Positions 1-12,292 of a stretch of 64,000 nt of DNA are shown in pieces. The notes beneath the pieces were generated by a model. That model searched no databases, was not told the origin of the DNA, and saw only the letters and a program-made list of their open reading frames with translations. The DNA is from Krischvirus LF73P4. Positions within the stretch are counted from its first letter, which is position 1; each line of letters begins with the position of its first letter. The stretch lies in sequence record OZ035795.1. The stretch is one strand, 5' to 3'. Position numbers and translations under genes: made by a program.

Positions 1-29
1 TGTAAGAGAATTTTAAGAGGTAATTTATT

Positions 30-2350
<2,321 letters not shown>

Positions 2351-2381
2351 CGATAATGCATAAAAAGATGAGGAAATTCTA

Positions 2382-4382
2382 ATGACTCTATTATCACCGG
2401 GTTTCGAAACGAAAGAAACTACTCTCTCCACTACCATTGTGCAATCTGCGACTGGTCGCGCGGCGCTGGTAGGTAAATTTCAATGGGGTCCAGCTTTCCA
2501 GATTGTTCAAGTAACTAATGAAGTTGAATTAGTTAATAAATTTGGTCAGCCGGATAATAACACCGCAGACTATTTCATGAGCGGGGCTAACTTCCTCCAG
2601 TATGGCAATGACCTGCGTGTTGTTCGTGTACTCAATAAAGAAAAAGCAAAAAACGCAACCGCACTGGCTGGTAACGTCGAGTTTGAAATCACAAACGAAG
2701 GTTCAAACTATGAAGTAGGCGATACCATCAAGATTAAACATAACCGTCAAGATATTGAAACGGCTGGTAAAGTAACTAAAGTTGATGGTGATGGTAAAGT
2801 TAAGGGCGTATTTATCCCAACTGGTAAAATTATCGCTCACGCTAAAGCAATCGGTGTATATCCAGAACTTGATGGCGGTTGGACGGCAGAGTTCACTTCT
2901 TCGTCAGGTAACGGTAGTGCGGCGCTGTCAGTAACTAAAATTGTTACTGATTCCGGTCTTCTGTTAACGGATCTGGAAACTTCCCGCGCCAATATCACAA
3001 ATCAAACTTTCTTGACTAAACTCCAGAAGTATGATATGCCAGCGGTAAGCGCGATCTATGCTGGTGAGATTGGCAACTCGCTGGAAGTGGAAATTCTGGC
3101 ACGTAGTGCGTTTAAGAACACTGCACCGGATCTGACCATGTATCCTTATGGTGGCGAGCGCACCGCAGCACGCAACCTGATTCCATATGCACCGCAGAAT
3201 GATAATCAATATGCATTTATTGTTCGTCGCGATGGTGTTGTGGTAGAATCCTATGTACTGTCTACTCTGAAAGGGGATAAAGACGTATACGGCAATTCTA
3301 TCTACATGGACGACTTCTTTGCTCGTGGTTCTAGCCAGTACATCTATGCAACCGCTCAAGGGTGGGTAGATGGTTTCAGTGGTATTATCTCTCTTGCTGG
3401 TGGTGTTTCTGCTAACGAAGCAACGACTGCTGGTGTTGGTGCTGATCCGTTCATCGGTGCGATGATGCAAGGTTGGGATCTGTTTGCTGAACGAGAATCT
3501 ATTCACGTAAACCTGTTGATCGCTGGTGCATGTGCTGGCGAAGGCGATGCGTTCTCTACCGTACAGAAACATGCTGTTTCCATCGGTGATGAGCGTCAGG
3601 ATTGCTTAGTAATGGTTTCTCCGCCGCGTAGCACTGTTGTTAATATTCCGGTGACTACCGCAATTGATAACCTGATTGCATGGCGCGAAGGTTCAGGAAA
3701 CTATAATGAAAACAACATGAACATTAATACCACTTACGCGGTTATTGATGGTAACTACAAATATCAGTATGACAAATACAACGACGTAAACCGTTGGGTT
3801 CCTTTGGCTGCTGATATTGCTGGTTTATGTGCTCGAACTGATGTGGTATCTCAACCGTGGATGAGTCCGGCAGGTTATAACCGTGGTCAGATCATGAACG
3901 TGGTTAAACTGGCAATTGAGCCTCGCAAGTCGCACCGTGATCGTCTGTATCAGGCCGCAATTAACCCGGTGATCGGTGCTGGTGGTGAAGGGTTTATCCT
4001 GATGGGTGATAAAACCGCTACGACTGTTCCTAGCCCGTTTGACCGCATTAACGTTCGTCGTCTGTTTAACATGCTGAAAAAGAATATCGGCGATTCAAGC
4101 AAATACAAACTGTTTGAAAACAACGATAACTTTACTCGCGCTTCCTTCCGTATGGAGGTTTCGCAATATCTCAGCACGATTCGCTCTCTTGGTGGCATTT
4201 ATGACTTCCGAGTACAATGCGACACCACGAACAACACGCCTGATGTAATTGATCGTAATGAATTTGTTGCTAGCATGTTCATCAAACCGGCAAAATCGAT
4301 CAACTATATCATGCTCAATTTCACTGCTGTTGCAACTGGTGCTGATTTTGACGAAATTATCGGTCCAGCTAACCAGGCATAA
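2382..4382 (+). CDS. 18: tail sheath protein
   Basis: 666 aa; follows terminase as in T4; TATAAATA late promoter upstream. Confidence 0.9.
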   Translation: MTLLSPGFETKETTLSTTIVQSATGRAALVGKFQWGPAFQIVQVTNEVELVNKFGQPDNNTADYFMSGANFLQYGNDLRVVRVLNKEKAKNATALAGNVEFEITNEGSNYEVGDTIKIKHNRQDIETAGKVTKVDGDGKVKGVFIPTGKIIAHAKAIGVYPELDGGWTAEFTSSSGNGSAALSVTKIVTDSGLLLTDLETSRANITNQTFLTKLQKYDMPAVSAIYAGEIGNSLEVEILARSAFKNTAPDLTMYPYGGERTAARNLIPYAPQNDNQYAFIVRRDGVVVESYVLSTLKGDKDVYGNSIYMDDFFARGSSQYIYATAQGWVDGFSGIISLAGGVSANEATTAGVGADPFIGAMMQGWDLFAERESIHVNLLIAGACAGEGDAFSTVQKHAVSIGDERQDCLVMVSPPRSTVVNIPVTTAIDNLIAWREGSGNYNENNMNINTTYAVIDGNYKYQYDKYNDVNRWVPLAADIAGLCARTDVVSQPWMSPAGYNRGQIMNVVKLAIEPRKSHRDRLYQAAINPVIGAGGEGFILMGDKTATTVPSPFDRINVRRLFNMLKKNIGDSSKYKLFENNDNFTRASFRMEVSQYLSTIRSLGGIYDFRVQCDTTNNTPDVIDRNEFVASMFIKPAKSINYIMLNFTAVATGADFDEIIGPANQA

Positions 4383-4415
4383 TCAGTAAATTAGCATAGA
4401 TTAAAAGTTAAATCA

Positions 4416-4436
4416 AGCGGGGAGAAAATCCCCGCT
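4416..4436 (+). other. conserved intergenic RNA hairpin (18/19 junction)
   Basis: AGCGGGG-agaaaat-CCCCGCT; no T-run. Confidence 0.5.
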
Positions 4437-4455
4437 CTATTAAGGAATATCAATT

Positions 4456-4950
4456 ATGGCACTCGATTTGAATGATATTACACGCGGTTTCGAGTCTGGC
4501 GATTTTGCTCGTCCTAACCTGTTTGAAGTTGAGATCCCGTATCTGGGGCAAAACTTTAAGCTGATGTGTAAGGCTGCGACCGTCCCGGCTGCTACCGTAG
4601 AAAAAATTGCTATAGGCTATCAAAACCGTAAAATTAACATCGCTGGCGACCGTGTATACGACGACTGGACCATCACTGTATTCAACGATGACGCACACAA
4701 GATCCGTGATGCTATCGTTGCATGGAGCGATCAAACACACGGCACTGGTTCGGCGATCACTGGCGCAACTCCTGCACAGTATAAGAAACAAGCTATTGTT
4801 CGTCAACTTAACCGTAACACCGAATCAACTAGCGAAAAAACATTGTACGGTATTTTCCCGACCAACGTAGGTGAAGTAACCCTCGATTGGGAACAAAACA
4901 ACGAAGTTGAAACGTTTGAAGTTACTTTTGCTATCGATTGGGTAGAATAA
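4456..4950 (+). CDS. 19: tail tube protein
   Basis: 164 aa; T4 gp19 size and position. Confidence 0.88.
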   Translation: MALDLNDITRGFESGDFARPNLFEVEIPYLGQNFKLMCKAATVPAATVEKIAIGYQNRKINIAGDRVYDDWTITVFNDDAHKIRDAIVAWSDQTHGTGSAITGATPAQYKKQAIVRQLNRNTESTSEKTLYGIFPTNVGEVTLDWEQNNEVETFEVTFAIDWVE

Positions 4951-4962
4951 ATATATTATCAT

Positions 4963-4981
4963 GCGGGGAGAAGTTCCCCGC
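4963..4981 (+). other. conserved intergenic RNA hairpin (19/20 junction)
   Basis: GCGGGG-agaagtt-CCCCGC; same stem sequence as at 4416. Confidence 0.5.
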
Positions 4982-5008
4982 CTAATTTCTCCCAATTCGA
5001 GGTGAATA

Positions 5009-6574
5009 ATGTTTAGTAGATTAAAAATGCTTGCGCGTTGGGCTGATTTTGACAACGACAAATACGAAGAACAAATTAAAGATAAAGCAGAGTCTATCGC
5101 CGCACCTAAAAACAATGATGGTGCTACGGAAGTAGAAATTAATGATAATTTACCTGCTAGCGCGTGGAACTCTCTTACCCAGCAATTTTACAGCACCGAC
5201 CAGAAAATCAGCACAACTAAGCAATTAGTTAACACATATCGCGGTTTGATGAATAACCATGAAGTCGAAAACGCTGTACAAAATATCGTTAACGATGCGA
5301 TTGTATTTGAAGAAGGTCATGAAGTTGTTTCATTAAATCTTGAGGCGACTGGTTTTAGTGAATCTGTAAAAGAGCGCATTCATGAAGAATTTAAAGATCT
5401 TTTAAACACTATCCAGTTTGATAAGCGTGGTCAGGATATGTTCCGTCGCTGGTATGTCGATTCGCGTATTTTCTTCCATAAGATCATCGGTAAAAATCCA
5501 AAAGATGGTATCGTAGAATTACGCCAGCTTGATCCACGAAATCTTGAATATGTTCGCGAGATCATTACAGAAGACACCCCGGAAGGTAAAATTTATAAAG
5601 CAACGAAAGAATATTTCATTTACACCGTAGGCAATAGTTCTTATTGCGCGGGCGGTCAAGTATTCTCTCCTAATAGTCGCGTTAAAATCCCGCGTAGTGC
5701 TATTACATACGCTCACAGCGGCTTGATGGATTGCGATGATAAATATATCATTGGTTATTTGCATCGGGCTGTTAAGCCAGCAAACCAGCTTAAATTGTTG
5801 GAAGACGCAATGGTCGTTTATCGTATCACGCGTGCACCGGAACGCCGAGTGTTCTTTATTGATACCGGAAACATGAACAACCGCAAGGCTGCACAGCACA
5901 TGAACTCAGTGGCACAGTCTTTTAAAAACCGCGTTGTTTATGATGCATCGACTGGTAAACTTAAAAACCAGCAAGCAAACCTATCAATGACAGAGGACTA
6001 CTGGTTACAGCGTAGAGATGGTAAAGCAATCACCGATGTTACTACTTTACCGGGTGCATCCGGTATGAGTGATATCGATGATATTCGCTACTTTAACCGT
6101 AAATTATATGAAGCGTTGCGTGTGCCATTGTCACGTAGCAATCTCTCCGATGCTAATATGGTGATCGGTGGTGACGGTTCAGAAATTACTCGCGATGAGT
6201 TGGAATTTTCGAAATTCATTAGAACTCTGCAATCACAGTTTTCGGAAGTATTGCGCGATCCTCTGAAATATAATCTGATTCTCAAAAATGTAATTACGGA
6301 AGACGATTGGGATCGTGAAATAAATAATATCAAGGTGGTTTTCCATCGGGACTCTTACTATACAGAAGTTAAAGACGCGGAAATTTTAGAACGTCGAATC
6401 GGTCTAATCGAACGTATTACACCTTACATTGGTAAATATTTCTCTAACCAGACAGTGATGCGTGACATTCTGAAATATACCGATGACCAGATGGACACCG
6501 AGAAGAAACAGATCGAAGAAGAAGCGAACGATCCGCGCTTTAAACAAACTCCCGATGAAATAGAGGATTTTTAA
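5009..6574 (+). CDS. 20: portal vertex protein
   Basis: 521 aa; long collinear matches to recalled T4 gp20 (e.g. RRWYVDSRIFFHKII, GYLHRAVKPANQLKLLED). Confidence 0.95.
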   Translation: MFSRLKMLARWADFDNDKYEEQIKDKAESIAAPKNNDGATEVEINDNLPASAWNSLTQQFYSTDQKISTTKQLVNTYRGLMNNHEVENAVQNIVNDAIVFEEGHEVVSLNLEATGFSESVKERIHEEFKDLLNTIQFDKRGQDMFRRWYVDSRIFFHKIIGKNPKDGIVELRQLDPRNLEYVREIITEDTPEGKIYKATKEYFIYTVGNSSYCAGGQVFSPNSRVKIPRSAITYAHSGLMDCDDKYIIGYLHRAVKPANQLKLLEDAMVVYRITRAPERRVFFIDTGNMNNRKAAQHMNSVAQSFKNRVVYDASTGKLKNQQANLSMTEDYWLQRRDGKAITDVTTLPGASGMSDIDDIRYFNRKLYEALRVPLSRSNLSDANMVIGGDGSEITRDELEFSKFIRTLQSQFSEVLRDPLKYNLILKNVITEDDWDREINNIKVVFHRDSYYTEVKDAEILERRIGLIERITPYIGKYFSNQTVMRDILKYTDDQMDTEKKQIEEEANDPRFKQTPDEIEDF

Positions 6575-6811
6575 ATGAAACAATTTATCGAAGCAATTAA
6601 AACTCGCGATCTAACGCTGATCGAAAAAGAATTTGATAAGATCATGGAGGCTAAAAAAGCCCAGATCATCGAATCCCAGCGTGTCGAAATCGCATCCAGT
6701 ATCATGATCGAAGGTGAAGAAGAAAAAGACCGCGATGATGACGAGGATATGGATGATGAGGACGACGAAGACCGCAAAGACGATAAAAAAGACAAAGAAG
6801 ACGACGAATAA
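6575..6811 (+). CDS. 67: prohead core protein, acidic C-terminus
   Basis: 78 aa between portal and prohead protease as in T4; D/E-rich tail. Confidence 0.7.
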   Translation: MKQFIEAIKTRDLTLIEKEFDKIMEAKKAQIIESQRVEIASSIMIEGEEEKDRDDDEDMDDEDDEDRKDDKKDKEDDE

Positions 6812-6823
6812 TAGGAAGCCAAC

Positions 6824-7231
6824 ATGATTAAAGATTTTACTCCTAAAGCTGACTTAGAAACTTTTCTGCCGGAAGCACAGGAAAAATTGGACATGTTGGC
6901 TATGTTTGAGTCAGAAGAGCTATTGAAAATCGTTGAAGGTATCTCCGAGGATGAGCCGGAACTGGCGGTAGCAATGCTGTCTATCATCGACGGAATTACT
7001 GTAAACGAAGCAATTGTTAAACATGTAAACGCACGCGGGGAAGTTGCACGTAAGAAAGATCGCAAAACCCGTGAGCGTAATGCTTACATGACTACTGGCC
7101 TAAGCAAAGCTAAACGCCGTCAAATTGCCCGTCGTGCTGCAAAAACCAAACGTGCAAATCCATCTATCGAACGTCATGCGGAACGTAAGCGCAAAAAAGC
7201 AATGCGTAAACGTAAGGCGTTAGGATTATAA
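6824..7231 (+). CDS. 68: prohead core protein, basic C-terminus
   Basis: 135 aa; position between 67 and 21. Confidence 0.7.
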   Translation: MIKDFTPKADLETFLPEAQEKLDMLAMFESEELLKIVEGISEDEPELAVAMLSIIDGITVNEAIVKHVNARGEVARKKDRKTRERNAYMTTGLSKAKRRQIARRAAKTKRANPSIERHAERKRKKAMRKRKALGL

Positions 7232-7242
7232 CAGGAAACAAC

Positions 7243-7938
7243 ATGGAAAAGAACGAATTACTGATCGAACAATGGGGCGTTCCTTGTGCTCGCGGTAGTT
7301 CGTCATTGCTTGAATCATTTGATGATAAGGCTACAGGAAATCTCTATATTCAAGGGATTTTCCTGCAAGCCGAAACGGTAAACCGCAATAAACGCTGGTA
7401 TCCTCGCAGTGTTCTAGAAAATGCGGTTACTAAATACATACATGAACAAGTTGAGACACATCAAGCTCTAGGCGAACTTAATCACCCAGCAAGAGCAATG
7501 CCAGATCCATCTAATGCTTGCATCATAATTGAAAAATTATGGTGGGAAGGTAATAACGTGATGGGTAAAGCCCGTGTTATTGAAGGGGATAAAGGCGCAG
7601 GTGATAAACTTGCTGCACTGATTCGCGCTGGCTGGATTCCTGGCGTTTCCTCCCGTGGGTTGGGTCGGTTGAAAGACTCTGGTCGCGGATACAATATTGT
7701 ACAGGAAGGTTTTGTGTTGACGGTTGGTGTTGATGTTGTATGGGGTCCGAGCGCACCTGATGCGTGGGTAACTCCGGTGGTTGAGTCAACGGATAGCGAT
7801 TCTAGCACGTCAGACGCACCAGAAAGCGATAAAACCGAAAAAGTGACTAACCCTATAGCCTCACAACAAAACATCGTAGAATCGAATAATAGCGCGTTTA
7901 TGGCGCTCGCAGAAGCGTTATCTAAACGCTATAAATAA
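7243..7938 (+). CDS. 21: prohead core scaffold/protease
   Basis: 231 aa; T4 order 68-21-22. Confidence 0.85.
   Translation: MEKNELLIEQWGVPCARGSSSLLESFDDKATGNLYIQGIFLQAETVNRNKRWYPRSVLENAVTKYIHEQVETHQALGELNHPARAMPDPSNACIIIEKLWWEGNNVMGKARVIEGDKGAGDKLAALIRAGWIPGVSSRGLGRLKDSGRGYNIVQEGFVLTVGVDVVWGPSAPDAWVTPVVESTDSDSSTSDAPESDKTEKVTNPIASQQNIVESNNSAFMALAEALSKRYK
7930..7937 (+). promoter_or_regulatory. T4-type late promoter TATAAATA
   Basis: Exact match upstream of gene 22. Confidence 0.55.
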
Positions 7939-7969
7939 TAACGTCGTTATCAACAAGAAGGTTATAACC

Positions 7970-8764
7970 ATGCTTAAAGAAATGCTGCTCGAAGAAGCAA
8001 AACAGATCACCGTAGACCTTGCTCTCGATGACCTGTTTGAATCCGTCGAACTGTCGCCGGAAGTAAAAGAAAATTTTGGTACTATCTACGCTCAGGCGGT
8101 AAAAGCTAATGCTGTTGCTCTGGCAGAAAGCCACATTGAAAAAATCGCCGCTAAAGCCGATGAACTGGTAGAATCAAAGGTCGAAGAAGCACGCACCGAG
8201 ATTGAAACCAAACTGTACGAAGATGCAGACAAATTCCTGAATCACTTAGGCGCTAAATGGCTGGCAGAAAATAAAGAAGCCGTCACCCGTAATATTAAAG
8301 CGGATCTGTGCGAATCCCTGATTGGTTCTCTGAAAGATGTTTTCGTTACTCACAATGTTGTAGTACCGGAAGAATCTGTAGACGTTGTTGCTGAACTTGA
8401 CGAAGCACTCAAAGAAGAAAAAGAAAAAACCTCTGAACTCTTTGATGCCAAACTGCAACTTGAAAGCGAAATTCGTGGCATGAAGCGAGAACAAGCGATC
8501 AATGAAAGCACTCGTGATCTTTCCGATACTCAGAAAGAAAAAGTAACCGCGCTGATTGAAGGTCTGGAATATAGCGAAACTTTCGATAAGAAATTAACTG
8601 CAATTGTCGAAATGGTTGCTAAGAAAGAAGACAAACCAGCGAAGATTGAAGAATCACTAAATACTGATGCCGACAAGCTGAATGTTATTGCAGAAGCTGT
8701 CGAAGAATCAGAGAAAAAGGCAACTGTAGATTCCGGCGTATCCCGCTACCTGAATTTCATCTAA
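7970..8764 (+). CDS. 22: prohead core scaffold protein
   Basis: 264 aa, acidic coiled-coil-like; TATAAATA upstream; precedes major capsid gene. Confidence 0.85.
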   Translation: MLKEMLLEEAKQITVDLALDDLFESVELSPEVKENFGTIYAQAVKANAVALAESHIEKIAAKADELVESKVEEARTEIETKLYEDADKFLNHLGAKWLAENKEAVTRNIKADLCESLIGSLKDVFVTHNVVVPEESVDVVAELDEALKEEKEKTSELFDAKLQLESEIRGMKREQAINESTRDLSDTQKEKVTALIEGLEYSETFDKKLTAIVEMVAKKEDKPAKIEESLNTDADKLNVIAEAVEESEKKATVDSGVSRYLNFI

Positions 8765-8782
8765 TGTAATTCAAATCTACTT

Positions 8783-8790
8783 TATAAATA
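8783..8790 (+). promoter_or_regulatory. T4-type late promoter TATAAATA
   Basis: Exact match 34 nt upstream of gene 23. Confidence 0.65.
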
Positions 8791-8823
8791 CTTTAGGTTA
8801 ACAACAAACAAGGTTTAAAGAAC

Positions 8824-10410
8824 ATGAAAACTACCAAAGAACTGATGGAAAAATGGTCCCCGCTGCTGGAGAACGAAAAACTGCCGGAAATCGCAACTGC
8901 GTCTAAGCAGAAACTGGTTGCTAAAATTCTGGAATCTCAGGAAGCGGATTTTGCTGTAGACCCGATCTATAAGGATGAAAAAGTTGTTGAAGCATTCGGT
9001 GGCTTTATCGCAGAAGCCGAAGTTGCTGGCGACCACGGTTATGATGCATCTCACATCGCGGCTGGTCAGACTACTGGCGCAATCACTAACGTAGGTCCGG
9101 CTGTTATCGGTATGGTTCGCCGTGCTATCCCTAACCTGATCGCATTTGATATTTGTGGCGTTCAGCCGATGAGCACTCCGACTAGCCAGATCTTTGCAAT
9201 CCGTTCTGTATATGGTGCTGATCCGCTGAAATCTGGTGCTCGCGAAGCATTCCATCCGATGTATGCACCTGATGCGTTCCATAGCTCTCTTGCTGCTAAA
9301 GATGCAACGACTGTTTCTCCTACTGGTACTGCATTCGCTAAACTAACTCTGCAAACTGCAATTCAGGCTGGCGATATTGTACACCACACCTTCGCAGAAA
9401 CTGGTATTGCATATCTGCAAAACGTTACCTCAGATGCAGTAACCCCAGCCAAAGCTGGCAGCGAGTCAGAAGATGAAGTTGTCATGAAGCTGATGGAAGA
9501 AGGTAAACTGGCTGAAATCGCTTTCGGTATGGCTACTTCCATTGCCGAAATTCAGGAAGGCTTTAACGGTTCCAGCAATAACCCGTGGGCTGAAATGTCA
9601 ATGCGTATTGACAAACAGGTTGTTGAAGCGAAATCTCGCCAACTGAAAGCCCGTTACTCTATCGAAGTTGCGCAGGATCTGCGTGCTGTACACGGTATGG
9701 ATGCTGACGCTGAACTGAATGCTATCTTGGCTAACGAAGTTCTGCTGGAAATCAACCGTGAAATCGTTGACGTCATCAACTTTACCGCTCAGGTTGGTAA
9801 GACTGGTATGACTCAGACCGTTGGTTCTAAAGCTGGTGTATTTGACCTGCAAGACCCGATCGATACTCGCGGTGCTCGTTGGGCTGGTGAATCCTTCAAA
9901 TCTCTGATCTACCAGATCGACAAAGAAGCTGCTGAAATCGCTCGTCAGACTGGTCGCGGTGCGGGTAACTTTGTTATCGCTTCCCGTAACGTTGTAAACA
10001 TCCTGGCTTCTGCTGATCAGGGTATCAGTCTTGCTATGCAGGGTGCTGCAAAAGGTCTGAATACCGACACCACTAAGGCTGTTTTCGCTGGTGTTCTGGC
10101 TGGTAAGTACAAAGTGTTCATCGACCAGTATGCTCGTCAAGACTACTTCACCGTAGGTTACAAAGGCGACAACGAAATGGATGCTGGTATCTACTATGCT
10201 CCGTATGTTGCTCTGACTCCGCTGCGTGCAACTGACCCGCAGTCTTTCCACCCGGTTCTGGGCTTCAAGACTCGCTATGGCATCGGCATTAACCCGTTTG
10301 CAGACAGCAAATCCCAGGCACCGTCCGCTCGCATCACCTCCGGTATGTTGAGCAAAGACAGCGTAGGTAAAAACGCATACTTCCGTCGTGTATGGGTTAA
10401 AGGTTGCTAA
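8824..10410 (+). CDS. 23: major capsid protein
   Basis: 528 aa; late promoter 8783-8790; strong terminator downstream; T4 gp23 size and position. Confidence 0.95.
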   Translation: MKTTKELMEKWSPLLENEKLPEIATASKQKLVAKILESQEADFAVDPIYKDEKVVEAFGGFIAEAEVAGDHGYDASHIAAGQTTGAITNVGPAVIGMVRRAIPNLIAFDICGVQPMSTPTSQIFAIRSVYGADPLKSGAREAFHPMYAPDAFHSSLAAKDATTVSPTGTAFAKLTLQTAIQAGDIVHHTFAETGIAYLQNVTSDAVTPAKAGSESEDEVVMKLMEEGKLAEIAFGMATSIAEIQEGFNGSSNNPWAEMSMRIDKQVVEAKSRQLKARYSIEVAQDLRAVHGMDADAELNAILANEVLLEINREIVDVINFTAQVGKTGMTQTVGSKAGVFDLQDPIDTRGARWAGESFKSLIYQIDKEAAEIARQTGRGAGNFVIASRNVVNILASADQGISLAMQGAAKGLNTDTTKAVFAGVLAGKYKVFIDQYARQDYFTVGYKGDNEMDAGIYYAPYVALTPLRATDPQSFHPVLGFKTRYGIGINPFADSKSQAPSARITSGMLSKDSVGKNAYFRRVWVKGC

Positions 10411-10495
10411 TATAAGCCATTCCTGAAAAACTCATGTCGGGTGCAATGCCCGACTTATCATAAACCTTATGACAGTGTAAAGTGTTAATTCCAAA

Positions 10496-10526
10496 GGGAA
10501 GACTCGAAAGGGTCTTCCCTTTTTGC
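10496..10526 (+). terminator. rho-independent terminator after gene 23
   Basis: Hairpin GGGAAGAC-tcgaaag-GTCTTCCC followed by TTTTT. Confidence 0.75.
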
Positions 10527-10540
10527 GTATCATACCCCGT

Positions 10541-10548
10541 TATAAATA
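10541..10548 (+). promoter_or_regulatory. T4-type late promoter TATAAATA
   Basis: Exact match just after the gene 23 terminator; heads a ~265-nt leader. Confidence 0.45.
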
Positions 10549-10813
10549 AGGTTGCAAGCCTATATTCTATTGGGAGCTAAAATAGATACACACAACAAAC
10601 AATTCCACCAATTTTCGTAGTAACTGCATGGCAAAGGACCAATGAATGAAATGAGCGTTCATGCTGATATTGGGTCGGATAGATTTGATAGATATACAAG
10701 ATCTGGTGTATGACGGACCTTGTTATGGCATTCCAGCGTGACGCTAGCGGTATTTTTTGGTTTTGGTACGCTGTTCCCTGAATTAACCCAAAATTCTCCA
10801 TAAGGAGGAATGC

Positions 10814-10966
10814 ATGAGTAAGAAAGAAAACAGCTATGTTATGACTCGTAAGGAATACAACGAATTGATGTTAGCATTAGCTTATGCAATTATTCGTTCT
10901 GATCATGCAATTAATCTGGTAAACAAAGTTAACCGTAGCGTTGATAATGTTTCTAGGAAGAAGTAA
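10814..10966 (+). CDS. small hypothetical protein (50 aa)
   Basis: ATG 8 nt after AAGGAGG; followed by hairpin+T-run terminator; lies where T4 carries segD. Confidence 0.4.
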   Translation: MSKKENSYVMTRKEYNELMLALAYAIIRSDHAINLVNKVNRSVDNVSRKK

Positions 10967-10976
10967 GTTTATTTTT

Positions 10977-11005
10977 GGAATCCTTCGGATTCCTTTTTCT
11001 TTTTG
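10977..11005 (+). terminator. rho-independent terminator
   Basis: GGAATCC-ttc-GGATTCC followed by a T-run. Confidence 0.65.
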
Positions 11006-11013
11006 TATAAATA
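11006..11013 (+). promoter_or_regulatory. T4-type late promoter TATAAATA
   Basis: Exact match 38 nt upstream of the gene 24 start. Confidence 0.6.
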
Positions 11014-11050
11014 TGATATATCCATTAAGGCAAATACAGGATTCATAAAC

Positions 11051-12292
11051 ATGACTCATATTTTTACTGAACTGTTGCGGGAATCTACTTCCTCAGTAGC
11101 TAACCAGACAGCGCGACCGCAACTATTATCATTAACTCGCGCGGTAAACAACCTGATTTTCTCTGATCTGGTAGCAATCCAGCCAACGGATCAACCAGTA
11201 TCTGCATTGTACGGCCTACGTTATCTTAATCGTGATGGTCAGATGACTTTCCGAACTGCTGCGACCTACGGTGGCGCGGCTGGTGATCGCACAGAGATTG
11301 AAGAGTTTTCAAAAGAAAAATCTTATGACGAAGGCGCACTGTTCAAATCAGGCGATGTTGTATACGAAGTTGTGACCGCTGGTACAGTCGGTGAAGATGC
11401 CGAAACTCCAGAAGCTGCGATCTTTAAAGGCGTAATGACAAACAAAATTCGTTTCTATAGCGATTGTGCATCGGTAGAATACTTTGAAGATAAAAACACC
11501 GAAATTTCGTCTACCTCTATGCAGTTTGATAAGTGGCAAGTTAATGTAGGTTCTCGTAAACTGAAAACCTCGTTCACCACTGAATTAATGCAGGATCTTG
11601 AGGCAAGCCAAATCAACTCTGAAAACTCTGTAATTGATCTTCTGGCTACTGTTGCTTCCGAAGAGATCAACAAAGATATTATTCAGAAGTTGATCACTGT
11701 ATCATCTCGCTATAAAATTAAAGGGATCACCCCTGATGGCGTACTTTCTCTCGTTAGCGTTCAGGATGCACCAAAACAAGCGCGTGAACTTTACCGCTAT
11801 GCTTGCGAAATGAGCAATCAAATGTTGCGGACTTCCTCCTTTGCTGGTACATACGTTTTGGCGTCTTCTCGCGTGGTTGGCCTCCTGCAATCTACCGGAT
11901 GGATGGAAGAAACCGACAATGCTCTAAGCGAAGGTCGTCTACGTTGCGGTCTGGAAGTGTACGCAGACACGACAACACCTTTCGATTATATGCTCGTTGG
12001 TTGTAAGCACATGATCGGTGATATGGAGAGTGTAGGTTCTCTGTTCTACTCCCCATATACAGAAGCCGACGGCGCTGGCGCGTATAAGAGCGTAATTGAC
12101 CCTAATAGCTTCCAGCATCATGTAGCTATTATGAATCGTTATTCACTCTCTGTCAACCCATATACATCAAAAGTTGATCAGGAAGAACACCAGGTCATCA
12201 AGGGTGACGATTGGGGTAAAATGGCTGGACGTTCAGAAATGTCCTACATTTTAGGAATCGAACTGCCACCGCTTGAGATTGACAACGCTTAA
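11051..12292 (+). CDS. 24: capsid vertex protein
   Basis: Start moved to internal ATG (MTHIFTELLRES) that aligns with recalled T4 gp24 N-terminus; TATAAATA at 11006-11013. Confidence 0.9.
   Translation: MTHIFTELLRESTSSVANQTARPQLLSLTRAVNNLIFSDLVAIQPTDQPVSALYGLRYLNRDGQMTFRTAATYGGAAGDRTEIEEFSKEKSYDEGALFKSGDVVYEVVTAGTVGEDAETPEAAIFKGVMTNKIRFYSDCASVEYFEDKNTEISSTSMQFDKWQVNVGSRKLKTSFTTELMQDLEASQINSENSVIDLLATVASEEINKDIIQKLITVSSRYKIKGITPDGVLSLVSVQDAPKQARELYRYACEMSNQMLRTSSFAGTYVLASSRVVGLLQSTGWMEETDNALSEGRLRCGLEVYADTTTPFDYMLVGCKHMIGDMESVGSLFYSPYTEADGAGAYKSVIDPNSFQHHVAIMNRYSLSVNPYTSKVDQEEHQVIKGDDWGKMAGRSEMSYILGIELPPLEIDNA

Noticed and set aside
2964-3572. 202-aa minus-strand ORF
   Set aside because: Lies wholly inside the tail sheath gene on the opposite strand; no RBS.
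6571-7065. 164-aa serine-rich minus-strand ORF
   Set aside because: Antisense to genes 67/68; the Ser-rich repeat is the reverse read of the acidic coding repeat.
9598-10251. 217-aa minus-strand ORF
   Set aside because: Antisense to the major capsid gene; low-complexity translation.
10577-10801. 74-aa minus-strand ORF in the 23/24 intergenic leader
   Set aside because: Antisense to the surrounding late transcription unit; no RBS.
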